Below, piece by piece: positions 12,746 to 26,334 of a DNA stretch of 64,000 nucleotides (its first letter is position 1; each line of letters opens with the position of its first letter). A program made the translations under genes and the position numbers. The stretch is taken from positions 13,764,001 through 13,828,000 of the forward strand of contig CM075990.1 of the NCBI GenBank assembly GCA_038087875.1, in the 5' to 3' direction. This DNA comes from Malacoraja senta. Lineage: Eukaryota. Under the pieces are notes generated by a model. It was given only the letters and a program-made list of their open reading frames with translations. It had not been told where the DNA came from and made no database searches.

Positions 12746-14069
12746 AAAGCCCATGACAAGCCAATTGCTACGTGTGCACATTCATACCTTATTCCCTCAG
12801 CACACACACAGACACATACTCCCTCCTCTGCAAGCTTTAAACTGGGCGAAATGGATGCATTCCTAACTGCTTGCTCCCGACATGCTGTGAGGAATGGGTG
12901 ACCTCTGAACCCTCACAACTTGACCTATTGCTTCAACGAGGCCTCCTTGATCCAGCCTCATCCCATTTCCCTAATGTGATTGCTACCACCGTGCCTGAAA
13001 TGATCTGGTGTTTGTTTAATTACCTGAACTGAGGAAAGGAAGAGACACTGGGAGGTGGATTGGGAGCCAGGAGGGCCTCGCAGTGGGGGAAGGAAATGCT
13101 GGAGCCATGATGATTGGAAAGATAGGTGAAATAATATACGTAGCTTTAATGGTGACTGCAATTTGTGTGCCAATTCTAATTTTCTGTGGCTAAAGGAATT
13201 AGATATTAAGAATAATTTACCCTTGCGCTTTGAAGTAAACCAAAACACAATGGCTTTGCAGCTGCCTCTCAGTTATTGACTATTACTTACACCACCAGTC
13301 TAGGTTTCAATCTCAGTGGCTGGATTATTTGAGCAGTATTGGCTGCTTCTGGCTGTAAATCAGTTCTCTTGACATGCACACATTCTACATCCCACCATTT
13401 TTCCCTATTATTGAGCATGTATCCTGGAAGTCCTGAGTTGTGGGAATATCAAAGCACAGTATTAGAAGAAGAGTAGGCCAAGCAGCCTTCTGGCTCACAG
13501 TGGCATTCTGATAGATCAAGGCCACCCTGTCTGACCATACCATGTACCCATCTTAGTTTCAGAACTCCTGGCACTCTCACTGAATTTATAAATCTTCACT
13601 TCAAACGTCTCAATTGGTTCATAACCAACAAAGTGAGATTCACGTTTCTGACCAGTTATGGATCACAAATATCAGTGTTCCCTGGATTCCAGAACAAAGG
13701 AGAATCTATATGACAAATTAGCCTAATAACTGGTATTGGTTGTTGCAAATCAGAACAACATGGTGCTGGGACAATAGAATCAACAGCAGGATAATTGAAC
13801 CTAGACCCTGGGTACAGTCATCTTGATGGCCAGCTGATTTTTGACTGAAGGAAACAACCTGAATTTGGATAGTATTTAAGGAATCACCTTGGGGATGACA
13901 CTAGCTGTCACACAGTATTTGTAGTCATGGCTGATCTTATGGTGTGAGGTTTGCGGGAAGCCATTGCTGCTGCTTCTCTGACTAAGGCTGGGGTGAGTCA
14001 GTGATGAAGGACAGAAGTATTCACAGCCTGACATTGTGCAAAATTATAACACACACTGATCAACTTAAC

Positions 14070-14900
14070 AACAACAACAACTTGCATTTATATTGTAACT
14101 TGCATATAGCTAAGCACATTTCAAAGTTGTGTTATTAAACAAATTTTAAGATATTAATGCTATGTCTAAAATTTTAGTGTGGCTTAAGAATTATCTTAAA
14201 GGAAGAAAGATGGAGAGAGAAGCGGAAAGGTAACAAGGCCCAGCTACGGTTGCCAATGGTCCAGCAATTATATTTAGGGTTTGGTTAAAAGTCTAAAACT
14301 GGAGGGACTTGAACATTCCTGAGGACTAGAGGAAATGAGCATAGGGAGTGTACCACTATGGGGCCATTTGATGATAGCAATAGTTTAAGGTTAAGATTTT
14401 ACTTAAGCAGTATAGGTCAACAAGCACAAGGGTGAGGGGTGAACAAGACTTGGTGTGGGCTGCAAGACAAACTGTCGTATTTGGATGGCCTCAGTTTTTC
14501 AGAGCCAGGGAGGCCACCCTAGAATAGGTAGGTCTAGAAGTAAGAAAGGCAGATACGGGTCTCAGCCATAGCAGCTGAGTTGAGGTAGGGGAATATTTGG
14601 GTGATGTTATGCAGATATGATGGCAGGAAGATATGACCCAGTACTCCTTTCTGAGGTCAAATACAATGCCAAGGTTGCAAACCGTCTGCTCAGGTTCTGA
14701 TTGTTGCCAGGGTAAGTCACTGGCCTTGACAATGGTGCATAGCAAGGGGCTGAAGGAGCTAGCTTTAGTCCATCTGATATTTGGTATAAGAAATAGCTGG
14801 AGTCAGACAAGCGATCTTACAATTTAGAGAGAGTGGAGAGGAAGGCACTGGTGAGGTTAAGCTGGGTATTGTCAGTGCACATGTGGAAACTGACACAGGG
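14070..14900 (-). mobile_element. Old, degenerate L2-like relic
   Basis: Minus-strand peptide VCNLGIVFD resembles the L2 VRNLGVIFD motif; (AAC)n/cttgcatttatat tail near 14070. Confidence 0.45.
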
Positions 14901-15600
14901 TTTTGTGGTAAGATATAGACAAGAAATAGAAGGGAGACAAGGACAGATCATTGGGTACACCAGATGTGATGGCATTGGTGCAGCAAGAAAAAACATTGAT
15001 ACTGATTCTTGGCGAGAACTGGAAAAATTAATTTAAACAGAGTTGATTCGGCAAACAACACAATGCTAAACAAACAGTGCAAAACTAAAATCCAGATAAT
15101 GACAATGATCTTATTGGACTTGGCCACACTCTGAATTGAAGCAGCCATGTTAGAAAGCCCAAGAATCAGCATGTGTATGAGCTGATGCTGCAGCCTTAGT
15201 ATTTCTCTTTCTGCTGGAGCTGGGATGAGGCACCCCATTTCTCCGTCCCACCTGATCGATAGGAAGTACCCCATTGACACAGAAATGAGTTGTGTTGTTC
15301 GAGGTGAGAGTTGGTTCTGCCTAAGCTCCCAAAGAATGAGGGTGAGGTTGTCCTTTTGTGACTAAAGGTTGTGTGTGTATCAATATGTCGCAGCACCTAG
15401 AGATGGTGCAGTAAACTTTTTATAAAGCTGCTTTGAATGATTTGAGTGGAGAAAGGAAGGCCAATAACATAGGATTTGTGACCTTAGATGCATTGTATAT
15501 ATCCTTACCAGGGTTGCAAAGTTTTTTTTAAGCTATAATGCGAACAGCTGTAAGCTGTTCTCCACCTGTTCCACAATGTTAGTGTTGGCCCCAACACCAC

Positions 15601-15615
15601 ACTGCCATCTGCTGG
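15601..15615 (-). promoter_or_regulatory. CTCF-binding motif
   Basis: Reverse complement CCAGCAGATGGCAGT fits the consensus CCASYAGRKGGCRSY at every position. Confidence 0.55.
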
Positions 15616-16429
15616 GAGGCGCTAAATGACACCAATGCTGACAATATTGAGTAGCTACAGAAATGGAGCATATAATGTTAGTGTATTAAACTGTGAATAC
15701 TTACCACAGTTAAGGGCATGGGGCTTTAATGGTGATAATGACTTACGCTATCTGTTTCAGTTTAGCACCTCTCTTGAAACAACAACTCAACTAATTTGAG
15801 CTAACTATAATTATTCATAGAAATAGTGGAAGAAGTTTAGGAGTGGCGATTCAGAAAATATCTTGATTATTGTGACAAATTGTTTCAGTGATGTTTGGGA
15901 AAATTAATGCTATCCAATGTGTAACGAATGTTTACAGATACTCGCCAGAAATTGAGATGATTCTTTATGAATCGGTAAACCATTTTGGAGCCCCGTCCCA
16001 ACAATTGTCAGTTTCCAAACAATAAAAAAAATATTGAAAGAGGGAATTCTCAATAATCTAAATTTCTTCTTTATTCCTAATCCCAAATCCCTTGGGATAG
16101 GATGACCCGATGATCATATAACTGGAGGGACATGAACATTCCTGAGGACTAGAGGAAATGAGCAACATAGGGAGTGTACCACTATGGGTTAAGATTTTGC
16201 TTAAGCAGTATAGGTCAACAAGCACAAGGGTGAGGGGTGAACAAGACTTGGTGTGGGCTGCAAGAAAACCACTGCACAAAAATGATTAAACTCTCGCCTC
16301 CATCTAAAATATCAAATGATACAAAGTGAGCTTGAATTTTTAAAGTGAATGTGCACCGTGATCTCTGGAGTGATCTTGGCTCAGCTACCTTCTCACCAAT
16401 ATGTTGTTGAAATCCTTCATAGAACATAT

Positions 16430-16995
16430 AATAGGACACAGACATTGAGGGCATTGAGGATGCCCACAATGTCTGTGTAGAACATGATGCCAAGAACAAC
16501 TCTTAACTGCCTACACATAACCTATATTGCTGCATGCCCTGCATACCTACGTGCCTATCCAAAGTCTCTTCAATGCCATTATCATATCTGCCTCCACCAT
16601 CACCCTCGGCAGCACATTCAAGGCACTCGCCACCCTCTGTGTCAAAATACTTGTCACATCTCACTTTCTCCTCTCATCTTAAAGCTATGCCCTCCAGTAT
16701 TTGATATTTCCATCCTAGAAAAAAGGTACCTCATCTATGCCTCTGATAATTTTATATACCTCTCTCAGGTCTCCCCACAGCCTCTGGGGTTCCAGAGAAA
16801 ACAATTAAAGTCTTTCCAACCTCTCCCTCTGGCTAATATCCCTAATCCAAGTATAATTCTGGTAAACCTCTGCATCCTTTCCCAAGCCTCCACATCGGGG
16901 CGACGAGAACTGCGCACAATACTCCAAATACGGCCTAACCAAAGTCCTATAAAGCTGCATCATGACTTCCTGACCCCTATACTCAATCCCTAGAC
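16430..16995 (-). mobile_element. Older CR1 fragment
   Basis: Typical antisense CR1 text (aaagctatgccctccagta...gtaaacctc...tactccaaatacggcctaacc). Confidence 0.75.
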
Positions 16996-17755
16996 CAAAG
17001 TGAGATGACTGCAGTTGGAAAGCAATGTTTTACAACAGTGTGGAGCTTTGCAGGATGGAACACAGATGAAAGGAGATGAATCTGTCACGAGGGAAAAGCG
17101 CCCAGCATGGCTGCTTGCTTGGGAAACATCTTCATAAAATTAGCCTTTATATGTATATGACACACTTCAAGTGCCTTTGCATGAATGTGCATGTGCATAT
17201 ACATGTGTATAGGGTAGAAATGGTAGGGAAAACATACTATTAGTTAGGCGGTGGATGTGTATTGCACCTAGCCCAATCTTTGTTCCCCATTAAAGGTGTG
17301 TAATTGGGCCATCGCCAATGTGTCCTAGGTTACATTCCTCCCACAACCAATGCCACAGAAAGATTGGCTTGTTATGGCAGTGGGTGGATCTTTGCTGACA
17401 AGAACTTGCCTATTGTTCTGTCACTGTGACTTAGACCCATGGTGCGCAGATTTCCTTTGCCTTGGTATTCGCAGCACAATTCAGGAGCAAATCTATCTTC
17501 TTGGCCTTGCCTGTTCTCTTTGTAGCATTGTGTTTCCTAGTTGTTAATTCACACCAAAAGAATTTGGAAATATATTTTTAAAATATAAAAATTATCTTAA
17601 ATAATGTCATACAATTCTGTTAATTAGAACTAATTTATTAATTTTGAGGATTACTATTTAAACTGAATATTTCAGTATTTTTTCAACCATAATGATATTT
17701 GTTTCTGCATTTGTTGTGTAGATTTAGTGGGCATAATATTGATAATCTGTTATGC

Positions 17756-17801
17756 AATAAATAATGTATCATGGATGTAAATCTTTTTTGCATAAAATAA
17801 A
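17756..17801 (+). promoter_or_regulatory. Paired AATAAA signals, candidate distal 3' end of RET51 mRNA
   Basis: AATAAA at 17756 and 17796 at the end of an AT-rich block, followed by T/GT-rich sequence. Confidence 0.35.
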
Positions 17802-17931
17802 TAGATTACTCTCTCAGCTATGTTTCTATTGATTCAATTTGTTTTGAAACTGCTTTTGAAGCAGGAATTATTTTGGTTGTGGACTGGCTTGTCCGATGTG
17901 TGTGTCCTGAAGGAAAATGACAAGTGGACCA

Positions 17932-18170
17932 GTGGCACAGCTATTCGAGCTGATGCCTCACAGCGCCACAGACTGGGTTCAATCCTGACCTTGGGTGCTG
18001 TCTGTGTGGAATTTACATAATCTCCGGGTGAGTTTCCACCCTCATCACAAGGCGTGCGGGTCAGTGGGTTAATTGGCCACTGTAAATTGTCTGTAGTGTG
18101 TAGGCGAGTGGTAGAATCTGTGAGAATGTGGGGAGAATAAAAATGGGGGTCATGTAGGATCAGTGTAAAA
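17932..18170 (+). mobile_element. Diverged HE1-like SINE
   Basis: gggttcaatcctgacc...ggtgctgtctgtgtgga core. Confidence 0.7.
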
Positions 18171-18171
18171 G

Positions 18172-18378
18172 ATAAACACAAAAAACTGAAGTAACAGAGC
18201 ATCTGCGGAGAAAAGGAATAGGTGACGTTTCAGGTCGAGACGCTTCTTCAGACTGGAAGGGTCTCAACTCAAAATGTCACCTATTCCTTTTCTCCAGAGA
18301 TCCTGCCTGACTCGCTGAGTTACTCCAGCTTTTTGTGTCTATCTTTGGTGTAAACCAGCATCTGCAATTCCTACACAT
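18172..18378. mobile_element. Inverted pair of Penelope-derived repeats
   Basis: Minus-strand arm (core 18224..18251) abutting a + strand arm. Confidence 0.75.
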
Positions 18379-20779
18379 CATTGTAAAGGATGCTTGATGA
18401 TCAGTGTGATCGCCATATGTTGAAGGCACTGTTTCTGTACTGTAAATTTCTCTTACTCTAGACAACTGCCTCCTCTCTATTCTGCAGTGCTATTCGCATT
18501 TGCTGGGTGTTCCAAAATAGGTGGGCACTTGGCATGGATACCTGTTCTTCTCCAAAGTAGTTATTCAGGATATCTTATGCTCAAGTACAGGCCAGACAGT
18601 GGTTTAATATGGCAGGGAATGCAAAGGAGTAATGTAAATAGGACGGACAAGGTAGAAGGCAGCTGATCTACCTGCTGCACAACAGCTTTAGTGCAAGTTG
18701 AAAGTACAGCCTGGTGAATGTGTTCAACATTCTCTGGGAACCTCACTACCTCAGCTGTGAAAGAAGAAACATCTCTACCCAAAGGTTAGTGAGATTGTTG
18801 AATTCTCTGTCACAACGAGTGGCAAATTTAAGGTGAGAAAGAAAAAAACACATTTGACAGAAAAGTGTAAAGAGAATTATACTGATAAATTGAGATGAAG
18901 AAGATCAGTAAGAGACTGGAGTGTATCATAAATATTGGCATAGAGCGTTTGGGCCAAATTGCTTCATTATGTATGGTAGATCCAATACAGTCTTATGTAG
19001 CTAGAGATAGAGCAGGACTCTGGTATAGCCACAAGGCGGCAGACTGTGCACAGCTGAGTCATTGCTCATGCTGTCTCGGTTGGGGCCCTGTGTTGCAAAA
19101 AACAAAGCGAAATGGACAAAACTTTTAAGCCGCTTGTTAAAGTAAGCTGCTGCACATCACAAATCTAATTAATCTACTGTTTTATATCTCACATGAGGAG
19201 TACCATATCAAAATTACTAGGTCTCCACAGACCCTAGACTGAATTCTGGCTGAAGTTGGACTTGTTGACTGCGGTCTGTGTGAGCGGCAATTGGAAACTT
19301 AGCTCCCTAGGAGAGTTATCAAGTGCAACTTTGAAGTAAAAAAGGAAAAGCAAAGATTGACCATGGTCTCAGGATTAACCCCAAATTCCCTACGTTATCA
19401 GAGACACAACGTTATATTCCAAGAGGTCCCAGGAAGTTGACAACCCTTCAGGATTGCCTCTAAATTCTAAAGGTAACTTCCAGAAGACTACTGCAAACAA
19501 GCAGAAAAAATACAGGAGATGTGGTGAGGTTTAAATGTAATTCTGTTTTATTCAATTAATGCTTTCAACCTTTCAAATATATATTAGGGATGAAGTATTT
19601 TTCACTAATAAAGCATAACTAAAAGTTTGTTCCTTTTCTAAGTGTCTCTGCAAAGATAGTAGGACTTTGAAGATGGATGAAAGGCTAATAATTGAAGGAA
19701 AGAGTTAACATAATGCAAAGTGGTATTAGGTCTGAGAGTTTTGGGGAAGTGGGTGAGAGTTTTATCCAAGTTTCATTCACTAACATGCTTCTTGTGCCAC
19801 AATTTATCAATAATTTATCAACGAATTAGCAACGGACTGGAGGAAAGCAAATTAGTCCTCATTTCGAGGTTGACCTCACCAAGGAACTTAATTGGGACAA
19901 GTTGAACAAATGGCCTTTGCTCATCAATCAGTTTTTGGTTACTTTGCTGAGCACCTTCCTTACATTTTAAACTTAGGCTTAAGATTGATGGTTTAATATC
20001 TGAAGATGTTCTGACATAGGATCTTCAACCTGAAACCTTATCTCTGTTGCTCCACAGGTGCTGCCTGACCTGTTGAGTGTTTCCAGTATTTTCAGTTATT
20101 GTTTCAGATTTCCAACATCTGTAATTTTATTTTGCTTTTCATGATTTAATAACATATGCACTGGAAAGGAATTAGTCAGCTGGTTTTGTTATCTCCTTAG
20201 CTCAGGCAGTGTTAATGGTGTTTTAGCTCGTCAAAGATAGTTAGATCTCTTCTGCTTTATCCAGTGTATTTCTGATCATATGACTGACAAACTGATGAAA
20301 AAAATTGAAATCTGCTTTTTAGCTTCCAGTCAGATGTAGACTCTCAGTGAAAAAGCAGATTTGCCTGGAGAGTTTCCAAAAAGTTGCTTATATTCTTGGA
20401 CTAAAGACCTGGTCAAAGGCTAGGAACTAAATCTGAAGAAGGATCCCGATTTGAAAACATCACTATCCATGTCCTCCAGAGATGCTGCCTGACCCGCTAA
20501 GTTACTCCAGTACTTTGTGTTCTACATAAGATTCCAGCATCTGCAGTTCCTTGTGTCTACATCTGCCTGAACTTAACACGAAAGATTGAAAACAGAACTA
20601 ATATTCCAGATGTAGGAGAGTTTTGTAGTGAAAACCTCTGGGCCTCAGGAGGCCGGATCCATGTCGGAAGGTTTAGGATGAGATATTAATAGCAAGAAAA
20701 GAAATATTATTTTCAGACTATTCTGCACGGCTATTGGGAATGTACATGATGATTACCAATGAAAAATATTAATTTAGGT

Positions 20780-21340
20780 CCTCACCTTTATTGTGTTGAG
20801 ATTCTGGGGCAATTCCTTGGCTGCCTGCATGTCTGTGCTTGCAGCTTTACCAGAGATACGGATGCAGGTTAGGGCATTGTTTCAATCTGTCAAACCAACC
20901 TTTGCCAGCTCTGAATGTTTCTGAGCTATCTCCTTCTTCTTCCAGTAAGTGTTTCTGAGCTACCTCCTTCTTCTTCCAGTAAGTGTTTCTGAGCTACCTC
21001 CTTCTTCTTCCAGTAAGTGTTGCTGAGCTATCTCCTTCTTCCAGTAAGCTCCTTGCTTTTTCCATGATTATGTTGGCTTAATGGCTTGTTGCAATGTGTT
21101 TGGTCATCCACCCAAATGCAAAACATATCTTCCATTTCTCCAAAGAAAAATTGCTCCTTGACCACATTGCTGATAACCGTGAGGTTGGCATGGCAGAAGC
21201 TTTTATCTCAACTGAATGTTTAATAAAGGTTCTAATCATTGATTCAACCAAGTTCAAAGATTTATCAACATCCATATGATGCTCACCAGCTTCCAAATGC
21301 CTCAACACTTGTAGTTTTACATCCAATGGACACAGTGGGG
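20780..21340 (-). mobile_element. Tigger/pogo transposase relic (N-terminal HTH region)
   Basis: ORF 21078..21326 reads DVKLQVLRHLEAGE...IKAS; a downstream minus-strand segment reads KGWFDRLK and SGKAAS; frameshifted. Confidence 0.7.
20916..21048. repeat. 34-bp minisatellite, 4 copies, inside the Tigger relic
   Basis: TGTTTCTGAGCTAYCTCCTTCTTCTTCCAGTAAG at 20916, 20950, 20984 and 21018 (last copy 31 bp). Confidence 0.95.
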
Positions 21341-24300
21341 ATGTAGCATTTTGTCATGGAGTCTTTGAACGCATCCTTGAATCTTTTCCTTTATCAACCT
21401 ACTAATTCTTTCCCATGACAGAGCTTGGAATAAAGTATATTTTTCTTGAGTATTATACTTGGCAGATAATCGATGCTAGTCTGGCTAATGTTGCTGACTG
21501 AGCCTGTCTAGGACCTTAATGCCGGGGATATTGACCTGAGAGGATATTGACGTTGCCTTGCTTCCACATACAGTGAATCTGCGTGTGGATATAACTATTC
21601 ACTGGATTTCAACAAGGGATTAATGTATTAGAGAACCTAAAGGCACTAGGCAAATTCAAGTCTCATTGTTCTATTGTAGAATTTTAATCATGGTAGCTCA
21701 ATTTTAGGGTTAATGTCCGTGCCTCTGAGATATAATTGTATTTCCAATGTTTCTGCTGGACTGTTCACTGTGCCTGAGAGTATGTAGTTCTATTTTAGGT
21801 CACACAATCATTATTGGTCTGTGGTGCAGTGTAGCTTCAATTGTAATGCATATTGTAACTTAGAGGAAATGCTTGGAATTGAATCACACAACTCTTTCTG
21901 CAATGGTTTTATTCGAAGACAGTCTGACTCTGCTCTTTCCCCTGCATTGGCCTGCTTCCATGGGTTAGTTTTGATCAATGGGTTTTTGTGGTATTTCTTG
22001 GTGTTACTATTTCCCAGGGGCTACTGTGTGATTGCTTCCTCACTGCCAGACCATGAATCAAACTACAAGTCTGTACTCATTTACTGTAAAGGGCAATCGA
22101 GGAAATGAAGCGGGAAGAGGTAGTGAGACCGGGTTAAAACATCAAAAGAATGTTAGAGGATTTGTTATGATTGTGGGTGTTTTTAGTGCAGAATGTGCCA
22201 ACATGCAGAAATCAACCTTAAGACAATGATCATGGGATAGTGTTTCCATGCTAGGAAAGATGACTGGCAGTTTCCACACTTTCCCAAAGCACTTTACAGC
22301 CAGTGAAGTCTTTCTTAAGTATAGTAATGTCTGTAATGTAAGATATGATTGTGCTGGAGAGAATGCAGAACGGATTGATTTTGCTGGACAGAGCACAGAG
22401 GAGATTTATCAGGATGTTGCCTGGATTGGAAGACTTTAGTTATGGAGAGAGATTGGCTTGTTTTCACTGGAACAAAGGAGACGAAGGGGTGACCTAATAG
22501 AAGCATAAGATTATGTGAGGAATGGTTAGATAGGCAAAACAAATCTTATAATAGGGCTATCAAAAACAATAGGACTTAGTTCTAGGGTGGGAGGTAGATG
22601 TTTTATAGGGGGTCTGAAGGGTATGTTGCTTTTACTCAGTGGTTGATATCTGCAACTGAGGTAGTGGAATCAGATACAATTACTTCTTTTAAGAGGCAAT
22701 TAAACAGACACTTGAAAAGCAAGGCATTGAAGGATAGGTTCCTAATATGGGCCAATGGTATTCATATAGATGAGGTGAGGACCCAAAATATCACATCATG
22801 TATCCCAGATATGCTGTCTGACTCACTGAGTTACTCCAGCACTTTGTGTCTTTTTTTGTAAACCAGAATCTGCAGTTCATTGTCTCACCTAAATGTTGAC
22901 AGATGTTGATTATCCTGTTCAGTAAATTTCTATTACAAATATTATGTGCCTTTTGATGTGATGGTTGTGCACTCGAAAACACTTGAATAACCAGATTAAA
23001 TAGTTCTATTTTAGCAACGTATCCTTTAAGATATGTTGTGTGCAAAGTCTCAGCAATGTGTTTAAATGATGTGTTTGGGTGATGCTAACTCTTCAAAATT
23101 GCTCTTGTCTACTGGAATTAAAGGTTAATGTCTACAAGCAGTGCAGATCCAAAGGTACAGGATACACACGCACATCATGAAAATGTCTAAGATAGATATA
23201 GAGATTATTCTGGACTTGGCATCGAGCACACTGATGTACAAATTACACTCTACTACACAAAGCCTTGGTTTGACTGCACCTGGAGCAGAGAGCAGTCCCA
23301 GGCATCACACTTTATAGGTTTTGGCTTGGAGGGAACGCAACGGAGATTTTTTTACCAGTGCTATATCCAGTTCCCAGGAGTTAACTTACCAAAGAAGATT
23401 ATGCAAATTATATTTCCTGGAATTTTGCAACATGATGTGATATTCAAATTAAATCAAACCTATATTGTTGACAAGAGTCTGGGTAATTTTGGCCTTGGGT
23501 GCACAATGAAAAAATTAAAGTTACATATTTCACAAATAAAATTACATCTAGAGAGTAGGATAAACTTGAAAGGCAATTAATGCTACACCAATTGTTAATT
23601 TTATGATTTGAGTTTTGAAAATGTGTTAAGTGAAAGGATTAGGGGATATTGGGAAGAGGCACACAAAAGAGTTAAGTTACTGATCAACCATGATCTCACT
23701 GAATGAACAGGCTCAAAATGCTTACTGGCTTCTTATTCTTATTGTCCTATGTTCTAATAATTGGCCTAATACTTTGCATGGTATATGTGATTTAGGTTGT
23801 GAATAATTCTTGTTAATTTTAAGTATTGCGACATGTGACTAACTACTATAAGGGTTGCAGCAATGCTCTTTGTTAGTTCCAGAGACTGTTTGTGACGTGC
23901 GCTTGAAATTACTGCATGCACTTTTGATTGAGCTCCTCATGTCTCACAGGTATGTCTGTACACTCTGCAATGGACTTCATTAGAGGTTAAGAACTTATTG
24001 AGTGCACAGGCTTTACACTTTGGAATTAAACTGTGAAATAATGAGCGTATAAATCCTAAGTACGTCTGGATAATGTCGTCTGCATACTTCTTTAGCAGAG
24101 GCAAAGACTGTTTTATTTTACATAGGTTAATACACTTCCCTCTCAATATTGCAGACCAATTTCTTTCCAATGTACAAAATGTACACTGACAATGAACTGG
24201 CTAACCAAGATTTATTGTTTTAAAAGGGGTGCTCCTACAATTAACTTGGGTCGGATTCCTGTTGACTGGAATATTTAATCACAATGTATTTTGATGGACC

Positions 24301-25669
24301 TGGTCTTTAAGCATATTAGTTATCAGTACTGTTGTATTTAGCACTAATTAGTGTGTAATGTAATGGAATAGAGAAAAGGTAAGAATAGGGCAAAGTCTGA
24401 TTGACTGCATATCCTGCAAACATTTGACATTAGTCTGTAACAGAACCAGGAGAAAGAAGACTATAACAAATAATAAACTGCTGGAGGAACTCAACAGATC
24501 AGGCAGCATCTGTGGCAGGAAATAAACAGTTGACATTTTGGCTTCCTCTGAACCTAAAATGTTGACTGCTCATTCCCCTCCACAGATGCTGCCTGACCCT
24601 CCGCAGTTCCTCCGCAGTTTGGTATTTTGTTTCAGATTCCAGCATTTGCAGTCTCTTGTGTCTCCAAAAGGAGACTATAACCCTGAGTATATAAGAATTT
24701 AAAAAATACAGCTTCTGATCATTTCATGATTTTCTTGTGGATTTCTGAAGATTAATTTTATGATAGAGTTTTATAATGAACAGGAAACACGGAATTAGGA
24801 AGATACGCTCAGTAAGTAACGATCTTATCGGTGTAAGATCATCAATGATTAATGTATCAACAACCATTACATTACTTTTTTTTACTGGCATGTTCCTTAA
24901 ACTTATTTCATCCACTATTGTCCAGAAGCAAATCTGCAGATGTTGGAAATCTGAAGTAGAACAAAAAATGCTAGATACACTCACCTCGACAGGCTGCACT
25001 TGTAGGGAGGACAAGGTAACTTGGCAAAGATATGGAAAACAAGTATTAACATGCAGACAAAGGAAGGGTGGAGAAGGAAGAACAAAGGGGAAGGTGTGTG
25101 ATTGCGGACAGCAGGGAAGATTATATACCAAAAGGAGTGTGGAGCCAGGTGCAAGGGTGCATTGAAGGCCAGTTAATTACAGAGAACCACTAAATGTGTG
25201 AAATCAAAAGAAATTATAGATGAAAACAAACTAAGTTGGAAATGTGAAAACTCAATCTAGTGAGCCGTAACTGACACAAGAGACTGCAGATGCTGGAGGC
25301 TGGAGCATAAAACAAACTACTGGATGAATTTTGCAGGTCAGGAAGCATCTGTGAAGAGAAATTGAATTATATTCTGTTTTCTTGGTAGATTGTTTGGGTG
25401 ACAGCCTGAATAAAACAAAGTTGGATTTGTTTTAAGCTTTCATCACAAACTGGAATGCCGGGGCAAACACACAGTTTCTTTGGCTTTTATGGCAACCAGG
25501 TAGCACAACAACTGAAACTGCAGCAGATAACATATACCTATTTCCCAACGAACATGGAGGTCAAATAATGATTACTTCCAGGTTTTTAAAGATTTTTAAA
25601 ACTATTTTCTTTATCCCTTCAGCTGTCCCAACTCTCTTCACTCGGATCAGCTCATGACTTCTTTTGGTT

Positions 25670-26260
25670 TCGTTTATTATTGTCTCGTGTACCATGGTTC
25701 ATGAAAAGCTTTTGCTTGTGTGGTATCCAGTCAAAGAAAAGATTATACGTGTTCCAATCAAGTCGTCCACTGTTCACAGATAAATGATTACGGGTACAAC
25801 ATTTAGTGCAAGATAAAGTTTGATTAAGAATAGTCCACAGGTCTCGAATGAAGTAGATGGTAGGTCAGGACTGCACTCCAGCTGATGAGAGGGCTGTTCA
25901 GTTGCCTGATAACAGCTAGGATGAAACTGTTCCTGAATCTGGAGGTATGTGTTTTCAAACTTCTGTATCTCTTGCTTGAGGGGAGAAGAGGCAGTGACCA
26001 GGGTGAGATTCATCCTTGATTATTCTGGTGGACTTGTTGAGGCAGTGTGAGGTGTAGATGGAGTCAACGTTGGTTTGCGTGATGGTCTGGGCTACATCCA
26101 CAACTCTGCAATTTCTTGTATTCCTGCATGGAGCTGTTCCCAGACAAAACTATATTGTATCCCAATAAAATGCTTTCAGCGGCTCATCTGTAGAAGTTGG
26201 TGAGGGTTGTTGGGAACATGCCGAACTTCCTAGGCCTTTCCTCTGAAAGTAGAGGCACTG
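25670..26260 (-). mobile_element. Degenerate Rex1/Babar-type LINE 3' fragment
   Basis: Minus strand resembles the ...SGKRYRSLKT...RFRNSF...IRQLN segment. Confidence 0.65.
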
Positions 26261-26334
26261 GTGTTCTTCTGTCCAGTTTTAGAATTGGCAATGGGTGGAA
26301 CTATTCCCAAAGGAATACATTTCACATGGTTCAG

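Noticed and set aside
16484-16993. 169-aa ORF
   Set aside because: Antisense reading of a CR1 fragment; no splice or protein-family support.
12746-20000. A RET43-type exon 21
   Set aside because: No recognisable homologous exon could be found by eye.
20916-21048. 34-bp repeats superficially like a CRISPR array
   Set aside because: The units abut with no unique spacers, the context is eukaryotic, and there are no cas genes.
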